A stretch of 62,533 bases of DNA, filler included, from Dugesia japonica (Eukaryota), in the NCBI GenBank assembly GCA_001938525.1. It is 5 parts of 5 records of this genome, joined end to end, with 100 filler letters (N's around TTAATTAATTAA, not from the genome) between each part and the next. Parts side by side here need not be neighbours in the genome. Positions count along the whole stretch, not along the records: positions 1 to 13,063 come from MQRL01610831.1; positions 13,164 to 24,317 come from MQRL01543392.1; 3 more parts are not named here. One strand, given 5' to 3'. Position 1 is the stretch's first letter. Each line of letters opens with the position of its first letter. Positions 1 to 13,977 of the stretch are shown here, piece by piece. The notes below the pieces were generated by a model. The model had not been told where the DNA came from and did no database searches. It saw nothing but the letters and a program-made list of their open reading frames with translations. Position numbers and translations under genes: made by a program.

Positions 1-454
1 TAAATTTACATAATTTATAGAAACTCAAAAATTATAAATTCAGAAAAGAGAAGAGTTATTGTCTGTGAAACAAAAGTTTCATTTTACAATTTTCTATTAA
101 TAGGTTTCATTTACTTATTTCAAAATTGATTGATTATTTGTTTTTATTATATTTGTTTATTAAGTTTAATAAAAATATGAGAAACTGTTTCAAATATTTT
201 CTCAGACATTTTTAATATTTTATTATATTTTTCAATTTTATTTATGACATCGTTATTTAATAATAAAAAGCTAAAAGATTTTTGATCGACTCAATTTTTT
301 TATCTTTCTGTTTAATGTAAATTTAAGTAAAATGATAGATAATGGCGCACTGTAACACGTATTGCTGATGTAACTATTTCACATTGATAAGGTTTTCATC
401 AATTAATTACGTAATCACTACATGTATATAACGTAATCAATTTAAAAAGATTGA

Positions 455-860
455 ATTCACCAGAAATTAATTTTTTTGTTTAAATTAATCAAAATTGATT
501 ATTTTTTGTTTAAATTTAGTGAAAATAAAAATATTTCGTTTCAATTAACTGAAAATAAAATGATGTTTGTTTAAATTAAGTAAAATAAATTATTTTTTCT
601 TTAAATTAACTGGAATTAATTATTTTTTTAAAGTGAAATTATTTATATTTGTTAAAATTAAGTGAAATATTTTTTATCTTAAAATGAGTTAATTTAATGT
701 TTAAATTAAGTAAAGTTAAGTATTTTTGTTTAAATTAAATGAAATTATTAAATTTTTAGTTTAAATTATCAGATTGTTATATTTTTCGCTTAGATTCATG
801 GGAATTAAATTTTTTTATTGGAATAAAAATATTTTCTTAATACTTTTGTATAATTTGAGT
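455..860. repeat. Degenerate ~30-bp tandem repeat (TTTTTGTTTAAATTAAGTGAAATTAATTAT-like)
   Basis: TTTGTTTAAATTAA-like core recurs about every 30 bp. Confidence 0.65.
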
Positions 861-1279
861 GAAATATATCATGTAACCTATCGTTCATCTTAAAGTCATA
901 CGCTGAACAAGGATAACATGATTAAAAATCGATGCAACTTTTACGCAATGAATCAAAAAGTAAAACCTTCCTCGAGCAGTATTAACATTAATTTTTCCTG
1001 GGCAATGTTAACATTAGCAATATTAATAATAATAATAAAAGTAGGTAGATGTGAGCTCATCAGATTACCATCCCACCTTGTGGAAATAGGTAACTGATCT
1101 GAAAAACTGTGCCATAAGTTATCATGGATTTATTGATTTAAGAAATTTTAGCGGATCAGAATTTAATCGGACTTAATTCAAAAAATATTTTTGGTGTTTA
1201 AAATTCAAGTGGAATTTTTGTGAGAATTTAAAATTTTCTTTTAATTTTTTGGAATTAATTTTGGCGGGAAATATTTTTT

Positions 1280-1760
1280 TCCGGATATTGTGGGTAAACT
1301 TTGTGGGTATATATTGTGGGTATATATTGTGGGTTACTGGGGATAGATCAGATCAGTATTATGGGTTATCGCGCGTTTAAGGTAAAAGTAGGTATGGAAT
1401 GATGAGTTTGTGTTGGATGTAGATGTGAGTTAATTTCTTGGAAAGAAGGTGAGTGGGGAAAGGTGTTGTGGTTTTTGTAGTATTGATATTTTGTAATATT
1501 GATTGATTTTTTGGAGAGGTAGTGATTTAAAGGTTAGTAAGTAGTGCGTAAGGGGTAAAAAATAAATTTTATGAGGGGTTTGTTTTGTTTTAGAGATAAG
1601 AGGGTAAAAGATGAAGCTATGAAAAGTATGGGTTTTAATTTTTGTGTATGTCGGTGTGTATGAAATTTTGAAAATCATGGTTTTTTAAAAGTTGAGAAGT
1701 TCTCCAAGAATATTTTTTGGGTGGTCTAAATACTTTTTGTTCAGGTGGTATAGAGATATT
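1280..1760 (-). mobile_element. Possible 3' fragment of a non-LTR retroelement with a tandem-repeat tail
   Basis: C/A-rich minus strand with broken ORF; adjacent 14-bp repeats (TTGTGGGTATATA) at 1287-1333; no diagnostic motif. Confidence 0.25.
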
Positions 1761-1919
1761 TTATTAATTTTAATAAAAAAAAAATAAACTAACCGTTTTT
1801 AATTTATTACCATTATAGGGAAATATTTATCAATAGATAAATTAAAATGTATAATAATATTTTATTGGTTCTATTTTCATATAATTATATAATTGAAATA
1901 GCTGAGTGAATTAAAATAA

Positions 1920-2460
1920 ATTGTGTCTAAAAATAGATGTGATTTTAAAAATGAATTTTCAATTGAAGAATTACCTAACATTGAGGCAGCAGTACATACC
2001 GATTCTATTACAGATAGGTTATTGCTGAATGTGTTCTGCATAGGAGATGATATTGAGAAATTCATCAAGCGATGTGAATTATATTATGGGAACAACTGAT
2101 TAGTAATGCATTTCTAATTAATTATAGACGATATGATTGAACATATAGCTTCATCGGTTCAAAGTATAAAAATAACTATTATTAAAAATAACTAAAATAT
2201 TATTTAATAGTATCTGATGTTCAAAAAAATGATGTAGAAATAATTGCATCAACAGAGGAAGAGATGAGCGATATTCAACTAAATTATGACATTATTGACG
2301 AGAAAATGATTGATATACAATCAAATGTTGATATTATTGATGACGTAATGCCTGATACATCTACCAATAAAGATATGATTGATGAGAAAATGACTGATTC
2401 GCAGTCCATTGAGAAATAAAATGATAAAGAAATGACTAATGAAGTCATATGTGATAAATA
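1920..2460 (+). pseudogene. Gag-like coding remnant followed by an acidic 13-aa repeat region
   Basis: Translates to ..LLNVFCIGDDIEKFIKRCELYYG (resembles a gypsy gag N-terminus), then DIIDEKMIDIQSN/DIIDDVMPDTSTN/DMIDEKMTDSQS repeats with stops. Confidence 0.3.
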
Positions 2461-2586
2461 AAGAACATGTGTGTTTAAAATACATTTTTTTCAAATTTGT
2501 CTTTTAGGTGCTACCTAGATATTTTAATTGTAATGCAAAGATAAAATATTTCAAAATTTACTTAGAATTCATTACAATTTTTAATA

Positions 2587-2785
2587 AATTACAAAGAAGC
2601 CGGTAAAATATTTTATAAACTACACGAAAGCCATCAAACAATATTAATAATTACATAGAGGTCATTACACTTTTTTAAAAATTACATAGAAGTCGTTGAA
2701 ATATTTAAAAATTTACATAGACGTCGTCAAAATATTTTAACAATTGCATAGAAGTCGACAAATAATTACATAGAAGTCCCAAAAA
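2587..2785. repeat. ~33-bp degenerate tandem repeat (AATTACATAGAAGTCG...)
   Basis: TTACATAGA(A/G/C)GTC core recurs 5-6 times. Confidence 0.75.
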
Positions 2786-2874
2786 CGTTTCAAAAAGAAA
2801 ATATAACAAAATTCTTGTATGTGCGTTCATTTTTATTAAATATTATATATGCAACACGAATGCGATATATATGC

Positions 2875-3122
2875 TACGAAAATACATTTTTAAAATTTTA
2901 ATCTACTTATAATTTGTAAGTAGTTGAATGCGACATCTTCTTCATAAATACAACAAAATTAAATTTTAAATTTTTCATAAACATTTGTAATAATTTTATC
3001 TACTTATAATTTGTATGTAGTTAAATATAACATCTACATCATACATATAACATAAATGTATTTTTAAAATTTTTCATAATCTTTTTAAAATAATTTTATC
3101 TACTTATAATTTGTAAGTAGGT
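2875..3122. repeat. ~98-bp tandem repeat, about 2.5 copies
   Basis: ATCTACTTATAATTTGTA(A/T)GTAG at ~2901, 2998 and 3098. Confidence 0.8.
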
Positions 3123-3682
3123 AATTTCTTCATTTTTATTCAATTAATTTTTAATTAAAAAGCACGCGCATAATTTAACTAATTACAATCGTGTATACTG
3201 TACCGCATATATAGTTACAAACTATCAACCAATCACAATCGAGAGTAATCTGATAGGATCGTATTGCCGTAGTAAAATTAATCGTGGATTTTTATAGTAT
3301 AAGAAAAATAAATTGAATTTTTTGTTTTAATGAAGAAGTAGTATGTAGATAGTGGCGCCAGGGCACAATTTGTAGGGGTCATTCTTCCCAAGGGAGTAGG
3401 TGGGTGCTCGGAAACTGTTTACGATTTTGCATGATTTTTGTGCTATGTTTTTTTGGGTGGTTTTTTTTTTTAAAGATTTGTCGAATTAAAATATTTTTGA
3501 TCGGATCAGAAATTTCTGATCTTTGAGGGTGGAATTTTTAATTGTTTTAATTAATGGAATATTTGCTTTAATTAATAATGGAATTTTGTGAGCAATTCAA
3601 AATTTTAATATTTTTTGGGAAGGAATTAAATTTGTTTTTATAAAAGGATGTTGTGAGGTTTTGAAGTCTAAATATGTATGAT

Positions 3683-3851
3683 TAGTACAGTCTCTATATT
3701 TTGCATGGTATGGAACAGTCTCTATATTTTGTATGGAATAGGACAGTCCTAATATTTTGCATGGACGAGTCACTATATTTTGCATAGGGCAGTCTTGATA
3801 TTTAGCATGAAATGGGACAGTCACTATTTTTAGCATGGATGGGGCAGTCTA
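3683..3851. repeat. 23-29-bp minisatellite (ACAGTCNCTATATTTTGCATGG)
   Basis: About 6 visible units. Confidence 0.85.
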
Positions 3852-3869
3852 AATACATTTGCTCAAAGT

Positions 3870-5450
3870 TATTTAATTAATGGTATTTAAGGAATAAGAC
3901 ATTAATTATTTTCTTATAAGTTAATTAGTTAAAATAAATTATTTATAATTATTTTTATACATTGTTTCAGTAACCGTCTTGCTTTCCTTCCATACCATTA
4001 CATTACCCCCCCGACATGTACAGTCCCACGGAGCGAATCCATCAAGATCTTTAGCAACCAATTCGAGTCCATTCATTATTGAACTTATCGATTAGCTTGC
4101 GTAGTTTTAACTAGACTAAACTCGATTACAGTATGTGCATATTCAGGAGCAGTATTTATCTCCGTTCACAATCTGACATAAATTGAACACCACTACAATT
4201 GTTTTAAAAAACAATCAGTCGTCATAGTCAAAAATTGACTAGACTCAGATCCTCAAAATGGTCAGGAATTCCAAGTCTACTGTTACTTATTCAATATATA
4301 ACATTTTTTATATTATTTATATTAAATATCATAGACCATATTACTATGGAACCTTTAAATATTATATACCATATTAATATGGAACTTTTAAACATAATTG
4401 ACCATATAATAATCGAACCTTTTATTTACCTAAGTTTGAATTAAATTAACATTTAAAAATATAATTTAAATTAATCATATAAACAATGAAGATATTAAAG
4501 AAATAAACTCACCATTTTTAATTCTTCATTTTTAATTTTAAATACAATTAAGTAAATATGAAATTGAAAAATCAATGTATTTATTGAATGTTTAATTTCA
4601 TATTATCATAATTGAAATTATTATAATTATGCTAATATGAAATGAATAAAACCCCATACATTTACACATGGTCTAAAGGTCAAGTCACCAAATTTCTATA
4701 CCAGGTCAAAGTCTATAGCACTAAATTTATATACCAGTTGGCAGCCAGGGGATGGTACTGTGCACTACTACTTCTCTCTACATTTCTCAGTAGTTGGAAT
4801 CCAAACTGTTTCTGTAATTCTATTCCTCAATTAGATATGGATGTATTTGTTTCACCACAATAAATTTAACTGTTTAGTCTTTATTCTCGATGTCTACTTC
4901 TATCTTTATAGTACCTAAGATTTATTGGCACAACTGAAATTATCTTCACCTTTAAATAAATCGACTGTTTTCAATCTTTCAAAAATTTTCATGCTCATAA
5001 GATATATTCTTGTTTCACTGTCTAATAAGTAATCAATTGTTACACCTTGTATTTCAAACGTTATACTTGGTCTACCTTGTATCTTGTCATAACTTATTCC
5101 TTGACGACCTATCTCTTCTATCATCAGAATTTTATTGTAGTCTTCTCCAATTATAACATTGACCTCTAATTATTTTTTTCTTTACGAAATTGTAAGCCTT
5201 TCCTTTTATATTATTGTACTCATTTACTCGTTTATCCTCTGTACTTTCATTTATATTATTATACATACAATCTTTAATATAATTAGGAATATTGCGATTT
5301 TTAGGATACTTAATTCAAATTAATTCGGTTGGAGCTTTGCCATTTGGGTTAGATTCCTTTTCTGGACACCTTAATACAAAGGAGACCTGGGGGATTATTA
5401 ATTTACCAATTATATCAAATCATTTCACAGTGTACATATATTATCCTGGA
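3870..5450 (-). mobile_element. Degenerate Ty3/gypsy-type LTR retrotransposon fragment (protease remnant, PPT, start of 3' LTR)
   Basis: ORF 4915-5124 RPSITFEIQGVTIDYLLDSET is a decayed retropepsin LLDSG motif; minus-strand G7 tract (4006-4012) lies just before TGTAAT at 4002; extents approximate. Confidence 0.6.
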
Positions 5451-5454
5451 GTAG

Positions 5455-6672
5455 TATATACTACCACCAGACAGAAAATTGGAATAATTCAGGATGAAAG
5501 AATAAGAGCTGAACGATTATCTTCAAATGAAGAAATGAGACTGACGTCCCTCAATTTGATAAAAAATATATTTCTAAATAATGGTTATTCAAAAAGATTC
5601 GTATCTAAATATTTATCATCAAATACAAAATCTAATAAATCAAATAAAAGACGAATACAGTAATTAAGTTACCTTTTATTAATGAGAAATGTAGCCAAAT
5701 CATGCAAAATATAATTAAGAAATATATACTCAAACACAATCCAAGAATTATTTTCAAAAGGCAAGCACCTTTGGGTATCTAATTGCGGAAACCAAGACAA
5801 AATTTTTGTGGTCCCACATGCATTTGTAATTGTAGAAATATATGCAATAAAAATATCACTTACAAAATAGCATGCACCTTATGTAAAGATACATATATAG
5901 GAGAATCATGCAGCATTATCCGTACAAGAATTAAAGGACATCTCAAACAGAAAGTGAAGTCCTCAAACACTTTAAAAAAAACATAATGTTTTACAAGAAA
6001 ATAATCATATAACATGGAAAACATTAGGAATAGGCTACATGTCTACACTTCACAGAAAAAAACATGAATAAATATTAATTAAAGAGAAGAAACCTAAGAT
6101 AAACGTGATTTTCAATAATTACAATAATTAGAATTTTTTCTTTCAATACTTTTTGAATTAAATAAAAAAAATTTTAAAAAAAATTAAAATTATCAAAGAT
6201 TTATTATCAATAATTACAATAAATAAATAATTGATGTATTAATAATAAATAAATAATAAATGATAATTAATAATTTCGAAATAAATAATTTTAAAATAAA
6301 TTGTTTTAAATAATTTTAAATAATTTTAAAATAAATAAATTTAAATAATAATTTTAAAATAAAAGATTTTCACGAATTAAAATAAAAGTTTTCAATAAAT
6401 AAAAAAAAATTTCAAAGATTTTCAATAATTAAAATAATTCACAAAAACAAATTGAAAGATTTAGTGAAAACTTAGAGTTTTAATATTATAATATTTTAAT
6501 ATTAAGAAAAAATGTTTTTTTGATATTTAATTTTAATAGAAAAACAGTAGCAGATATCTTGTCTTTTTGAATTATCAGAAAAACATCATTCCTGAAGAAG
6601 TAAAGTGTTGAAAATTTGAACTTCTTTACAAATAAATTTTATTTTGATCGCAGCTTTTTCTTTATTTTAATG
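5455..6672 (+). mobile_element. Penelope-like element, 5'-truncated (RT thumb, GIY-YIG, 3' pLTR), family A
   Basis: FLNNGYS thumb motif; YKIACTLCKDTYIGES GIY-YIG; stops present; closely similar to 10350-11010. Confidence 0.9.
6589..6620 (+). ncRNA. Degenerate minimal hammerhead motif in the PLE 3' end
   Basis: ttc-CTGAAGA-..-GAAA-ATTT-gaa; stem II eroded. Confidence 0.5.
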
Positions 6673-6989
6673 TCATCGCAAAGTTAATTGTTTATAACTT
6701 TATCCATTTTCCATCGACAGCTTCTTTCCAAACATTGATACTAATTTTTGGAACTTGTTTTAATCACTCTTTGCTAACGGTTTTGTTGACTTACTTTTTT
6801 ATAAGAATCTTTGACTACTTCTTTGTCTTTTTTATTGTTTTGATATCCTTTGAAATATTATCTTGCATAATTGTTTTCTTGAGTTAATCAACTATAACCA
6901 TAATAAATTTCATCAATTGTAAATAAAATAAGAAATTACGTTAATTGTTTTATTACTGTAACTTCTTTTCGATTGAAAATATTAGTCCT

Positions 6990-7450
6990 CACTCTAAGGT
7001 CTTTTGGAAATTGTTGTTTTAAGTCCAAAAATGATATTCAAGTGGATTTATTGTTGCATCTTTGAATAAATAAATAAGAAATGTTTTATTGTTTGATAAG
7101 GCTAGTCTTGCAAGAAAATTAACAACGGTTTGATATCTTGTAATTTTAAATAGAACAAAGTATTGTACATTTAAATTACAAATTCGATGACCATCTTCTT
7201 AATGGAATAAAGTCTGAGTAAACGATATTACAGTCACATTACAATGTCTTGATATCTTGGTGAATAAATTATTAAAATCCTTTTTCTTGCGTGGTTTCCG
7301 ATATAGATCATCAACAACAATCACACTGCTTTTTGTCAGTCAGTTGTTCCAATTTTCATGAAAAAAGTTTAAAATTTTAATTTTAATATCACAGAATTTA
7401 GAAAAAATAAGAAACATTATTTTCATTTTATTTATATAACATTGGACATA
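6990..7450 (-). pseudogene. Polinton/Maverick A32-like packaging ATPase remnant (lineage 2 type)
   Basis: Minus strand reads SVIVVDDLY (Walker B), LFTKISRHCNVTVISFTQTLF, RICNLNVQYFVLFK..FLAR, with frameshifts. Confidence 0.75.
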
Positions 7451-8214
7451 AATAGCTTTTTTTTTGGAAAGAAATATGTCGTATTTTTAAGGTCAAATTT
7501 TTATTTTAACTATTTCTCATAGTTTTACTGTTTGAATTGCTTAGAATTTGCACCTTTCATCGATATAACACTAGTTATACAAGCGCGTAATATGAAATTT
7601 ATTCTTTGTAGAAATATGTTCAATAAATGAGTGAAAACTATGTTACGTAATAATTTAAATAATTCTGATTTCTTGGCAGACAAACGCTTGCAAGTGTTGT
7701 ATTTAGGCTCAATCAATATTTTAATTTTTTAAAATTAATGGTTTTCGTAAAATAATTGGTGCCAGAAAAAAAATCTTAATTTTAAACAATTAAAAAAACA
7801 GAGTGCATAGAATAAAGAATTATAATTTGTTTCATCACTTTGCATTTCAAAAAAGTGAGAATCATGTAATACAAACCAAAGAGAGGAAGATATGCCATTT
7901 TTGGCTTGTTCCCTGATAAGTTGGAAAATGTTTCTTAATTAGCAATGTATGTGTGTCTGTTTAGGTAAATACCAATCAGATTATAGGAATTTTTGCAATT
8001 GTTTTAGTACCAACCAATCAAAATGTGAGAAAACATTTAACAGACTGTTTGAATTTAAATATTTGGTAGACAATATGAATTAAGTATTGAATGCGTGACG
8101 CTTGTGCACGTTCTTTTTTTTAAAAAATTAATTTATTATTTTGTTTAAATCGATGGAGTTATTTTTAATTTGTTAAAATTTATTAAATTTTTCTCAACCA
8201 ATATTTATACTGGT

Positions 8215-8830
8215 TATAATGTTATCATTTGACCAAGAATGAAAAACTGTTTATACATTGTATTAGCAAAAAAACGCTATTCTCATCAAACATTTATTTA
8301 ATACAAAGTTACAATGAATTGAAAAACAGACTCAGAAAAGTTTTAATATTCTAATAAATAGGCCAATAATTATTTTAAATATTTTAAATTTCAAAACTTT
8401 TATAAATATTTTTATTACGCATATAAATTTGAAATTAAACAATACAAATATCATTCTCACACATTGTATAAAGTACCATTATCAAAAATGTCTATATATA
8501 AAATGCTTCTTTCTCGCACTAAATACGTTATTTAAATTAAAATTATTTGAATCCCTGATTCCTAAACACTTACAAAAGTCTTTGCTTTTTGATTGGTGGA
8601 AGCCTAAACAGACACATATACAATTTCAGCTGGGAAAAATCTTTCCAACCAAACATATTGAAGTATACCTAAAAAAAATTTCTCTTCCTCCGGGGGAGTG
8701 TTTACGAGCGTTGCTATCTACCTAATTAAATTAATTAATTTATATTAAATCAGAAGTTAAATTGATAAATTTCTCAGAAATAGAAGAAAAATATTAATGA
8801 TTAAACTGTCAAAACAGTTCGAACTATATT
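8215..8830 (+). mobile_element. hAT transposase C-terminal remnant
   Basis: LFDWWK..FP..YL..SLPP..LST resembles the hAT dimerisation domain; 8260-8460 is similar in nucleotide sequence to 57320-57540. Confidence 0.6.
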
Positions 8831-9634
8831 TCTAAATGCAATTTGTTAATAAAACAGGAAATCGTAAATTCATTTGGATATATTGGATAAATGATTTGGA
8901 TAATCTAATGGATGATATTACATGTATTGTAATATTTTCAAATTAATAAATTGTTAAATGATATATTCGTCTGAAGAATAATTTTGAAATAGTACAAATT
9001 ATATATTTGAAAAATACTTGTGTTTTTTCTAATTAATAATTATTTTCTTATAAAAATGAAACAAATTATGATATATATTTTTATTTTTAATAATTAATTA
9101 AATAATGTCACATTATAAAAAAGTTATTTATTTTATAACAAGTTTCAATTTTTGGAAGGATTTCTTAAAGTACATTGGAGAGACAAAACGTCATCTGCGC
9201 ACATCTGTTGGTAAGCATGTGCAATTGGGTAGAAAAATTTTAGATTATGCAGGTTTCTGGAAAAATAGAATTTTTTGAACAGTTGGTTTCGTAATTATTT
9301 TGAATGAAAGTCTGGTGAGTCTTTTATAATTGGATTGTATAACCCGATTTTTTAAACTCAGATTGCCACAAATTCACTTTTATATTTATTTTACTCTTAT
9401 TTGATTGATTACGCCCGGTTTAATTGTTCAATATTTAAACACTTTCTTTTTTTACAAGAGTAAATAGACATAGATGTGTGCGAAACATGTCTTGCAAATA
9501 AGAATTTTAAAAAATTATGTTTATCCTTTTATTTAGTTTGAAGCAATTTGTACAATAAGTTCTTAAATATAATAAAGAAAATGTCATGAACTAGTTCTAT
9601 TATCGATGTACTGTGTTCATAAATATCATAAAGA

Positions 9635-11240
9635 AAGAAAGATCTATTGTAAACGGTTCTGACACTCCTTTTACTGCATTATGCAAAACTTTGCCAGATA
9701 TATTAAAACCACTATTAAGTTTCATTCCGGCACATGTGAAGAATAATTATGAGTTTGTAGAACGAATTAAAAACTATGAATAGAATAGTGATGATGAATT
9801 TGGTCCATTAGATGTAACGAATCTATATGGATCAATTCCAATTGAAGGACTTGAAAATTTCATTGATATCATAAGGGACTTCTTTGAAAGATACAAAGAA
9901 CATACAGATATTCCAGAAATCATCAAAAATGATTTCAAATGTATTTTTTTCAATTTTAATTTGTTTCTCTTCTCTGATAGCATTTTCATCGGTGAAAAAC
10001 ATTTTAAACAAAAAGATGGTCTTGTAATGGGTAATAATTTATCTCCTATTCAAGCAATAATTTTCATAAACTTTATTGAAAATCAAATAATTCTTAAATC
10101 AAACAAGAAAATTCACCTATGGTTTAGATACATAGATGATATTTTCTTTGTAACTAATTTTCCTTTAGAGAACATTTTAGAATTAGCCAATAGTATACAT
10201 GATAACATTAAATTCACTTTAGAAAAATCAATTGACTTTCAGATTCTTTTTCTGAACACTTTAATCCAAAAGAAACCTGATGATATCTTAACTANCCAAT
10301 TATATATGAAACCATTTCACAGTAGACATATATTACCTTGGAGTAGTAATACTACCATCAGTCAAAAAAATGGTATAATTTAGGGTGAAAGAATTCGAGC
10401 TGAGAGACTATCTTCCAATGAGGAAATGAAATTGATTTCTCTCAAGTTGATAAAGAATAAATTCTTAAATAATGGCTACCCAAATAAAAGTATATCGAAA
10501 TATTTATCTTTAAATAAAAAACAAAATAAAATCAAACCAAAAACAAACGTAGTTATTAAATTACCTTTTATTAATGAGACATGTAGCCAAATCATGCAAA
10601 ATATAATAAAAAATTCTAAACTCAAACACAATCCAAGAATTATTTTCAAAACACAAGCACCTTTGAGCATCCAATTAGAGAAACCAAGACAAACTTTTGT
10701 GGCCACAAATGCTTTTGAGATGTAAAAATATGTGCAATAAGAAAAATGTCACTTATAAAATAACATGCACCATTTGTCAAGAAACATATATACATGAAAC
10801 ATGCAGAACCATCCGAACAAGAATTAAGTAACATTTAAAACAAAAAGAAAATGAAGTCTTCAAACACTTTCAACACAAGCATAAAATTTTACTAGAACAT
10901 TAGTTGGAAAACACTAGGAACAAGCTACATTTCTACACTGCATAGAAAAAAACATGAAGAATTAATAATTAAAGAAAACAATCCTGAAATAAATGTAATT
11001 TATAATAATTAAATAGTGAAATTTAAATTAAAATTAATCAATTAAAATTTAGTNNNNNNNNNNNNNNNNNNNNNNNNNNNNNNNNNNNNNNNNNNNNNNN
11101 NNNNNNNNNNNNNNNNNNNNNNNNNNNNNNNNNNNNNNNNNNNNNNNNNNAATTGTTATCCAATATCAATAATTAAAACCTAAATTTTGATCAAAGCTTT
11201 TATATTAAATGAATTCTAATAAAAATAAGTTTATAATTCT
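9635..11240 (+). mobile_element. Penelope-like element (RT plus GIY-YIG), family A, degenerate
   Basis: RSIVNGSDTP, LDVTNLYGSIP, FKQKDGLVMGNNLSP, WFRYIDDIF, FLNNGYP, C-x2-C GIY-YIG; stops and frameshifts. Confidence 0.92.
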
Positions 11241-13063
11241 AAAAATATTGTTAAATAAAAATAATTCTTAATGTTTAATTGGTTTATCTGCACAATCTAA
11301 AATATTTGCCTCAAAATAATCTAAATAAAATTATGTTTTAAATTATTTATATTTACTTTAAATAAAAATAAAATTGATTGTTGATTTATAATTTTTCTTA
11401 TTCTTTCTNTATTCTTCAATTTAATTCATTGATGTGACAATTATGACAATTTTTATTAATAATTTCAAGCCCTTTGGCATTTGGTATTGTAGAAAATATT
11501 AATATATAAAATAAATTTTTTGAAAATTATCAGAGAAAATTATTTAATGAGACATCGTTCGTATTGTTATTCAGATGGTGATTTCTAATTAAAAAATATT
11601 AAATCAAATGATGATTGTATTGATTTAATATATGATAAATTTATGTAATTTCATTAATTTTGTTTTAATTGACTTAATTAGTAAACAGTTTATTTAATAA
11701 TAGAAAAATTGAAACTAAAATAAAAATTGAAAATTATAATAATTATCGCATACCGAATATAAGAAATTAAGGAAATGTTTTTGAGACTAGAAGGTTGTAG
11801 CTAAAATAAACAATCCCACAGTTGATTTGTATTCCTGGATTTGTAGCTAGACCAGCTACAATCTTGGACTAGAAAAAAGCCTCAAAATAAGTCTGGGAGG
11901 GAAAATAGTTGCTAACAACTCATTGATAATCAGCTCAAAGATAGCAGAACCGATCCTCCAGGTTTAAATCCATTTCTGCTATTTTGCTTGTTTTAAAAGT
12001 TGAGGGCCTTGAGTTTAACGCCCCAAACAGAACATTAAACTCAATGTGTAGCGTAATGCTACCAAAATAGAAGTTGTAACCTTTAATAATTTAGCCTCAA
12101 GTCTTAAAAATGATGAAGCTGTTTATGATTTCGTATAGGTTTCGTTTGTCTATTAATAAAATATATAATCATTATTAATGTTGATTTGAAATAGTCTTTG
12201 TTCATAATATAGCCAAAAAAGCAAGCAATTCATTTTTATAAAGAGTGGTTATATATTGCTTTATTTATTGGTATTTTGCTTTATTTAAAAGATTGTCAAG
12301 GATGATCGCTCTGGTACGATTGGCATTATATGATCATATTAATCAGAGTAGAAACTTCGTTGTTCTGTTGTTCTAAGAGGTATGTTTAATGAATTTCAGA
12401 TAATTACTATGTTTTGTCAAAAAGAACAATTTTATTGATTTGATTACATTTATTGAATTTATTTCACAGATAAATAAATTCCTTCTTTACAAAACAAAAA
12501 AAACCTGAACTCAAAACACAAACCCTAATAATAAAAAATTGTCTTTAGAATTGTGTAAAATTTTATATAGGAAATCTCATTCATATAAAATATGAAACTT
12601 CAATAGATAAAATTGATTATATTTCATAAATAACTGAGGAAAATCTATTTTAATTATTCACATAAAATTTTAAATTATATTAAAGTATACATTATCATTT
12701 TACCGACAAATTTATTTTTAATAATATTAATAATCTTTTGACTTTTGATAATANTTTTTGTAAGAAAATTATTGAAATATTTAAATAATAAATTTATTTA
12801 GAGATTATAAATACGATATATTATTGCGTTCCATAAGGAATATAAATTTATCAAATTAATATAAATAAATTAAATAAACGAATATTTTATATTAATAAAT
12901 ATTAAATAAATTTGTCTGTTAGAAGTCTACTTTCCATAATATTTATTAATGAAAATCTAGAAAAGGACGAATAAATATGTATGTAATTTTGATTTGACCA
13001 ATCAACATACCTCAATCAGCAAACAAACATTGACCTGTTATGCAACATACAAAATATTTGAAC

Positions 13064-13163
13064 NNNNNNNNNNNNNNNNNNNNNNNNNNNNNNNNNNNNN
13101 NNNNNNNTTAATTAATTAANNNNNNNNNNNNNNNNNNNNNNNNNNNNNNNNNNNNNNNNNNNN
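13064..13163. other. Artificial assembly linker N44-TTAATTAATTAA-N44
   Basis: Six-frame-stop 12-mer at 13108-13119 in a 100-bp gap. Confidence 0.95.
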
Positions 13164-13977
13164 TAAGAAAACTGAATTTAAAACCTGAGTGAAAAAGATA
13201 TCCAAGAGTAAAATATTCTTTTGATGAAAAGTCTCAACAATATATTAAAAATAATTATGGTGGTTATGTTTTTAATATTAAAACAAATTCTTTTGAAATT
13301 CTAGAAATTGCAAAAAAAGAAAGTTTAACAGATCAAAGAAATAATTTAGCATTATTAAAATTAAAAAGTAACACAAATACAACTTTAAATTAATCTGTGA
13401 GGTAATTTTAAAAATTTGCAAATATTTTAAAATTTAATGCAATGTTATTAATTTAAATTTTTTAATGTAAATANNNNNNNNNNNNNNNNNNNNNNNNNNN
13501 NNNNNNNNNNNNNNNNNNNNNNNNNNNNNNNNNNNNNNNNNNNNNNNNNNNNNNNNNNNNNNNNNNNNNNNNNNNNNNNNNNNNNNNNNNNNNNNNNNNN
13601 NNNNNNNNNNNNNNNNNNNNNNNNNNNNNNNNNNNNNNNNNNNNNNNNNNNNNNNNNNNNNNNNNNNNNNTAATTGTAATTGAAATAAAGTATTGAATTA
13701 AAAGTCTTGTTTTAGTTGATTTAAATGAAGAAGAAAACAAATAATACTAAAAAAATAAATAAACAAAAAATCAAGAAAAATAAATAATGAAAGTGGTGGT
13801 GGATATTAAGATAGTAAAACAGATAATGATTTAAACAAAACATTAAACATCAATCCCAAAAAGTAAGATAAAACATAGACTAACATAAAGTAAATATAAA
13901 CACACATAAACCAACATTTAAATAAGTAATAACATTAAGGTAGTTTTTTTGTCCAACCTAAATTTGTTCTTTATAAA

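Noticed and set aside
1050-1070. CTGATGAG hammerhead half-core on the minus strand
   Set aside because: No downstream GAAA or stems
11780-12140. GC-richer island with a short palindrome TGTAGCT..AGCTACA
   Set aside because: No ORF, TSD or second copy in the window to support a call
13462-13740. ORFs spanning N runs (also 37787-38289, 43353-43716, 54198-54548)
   Set aside because: Open only because of Ns
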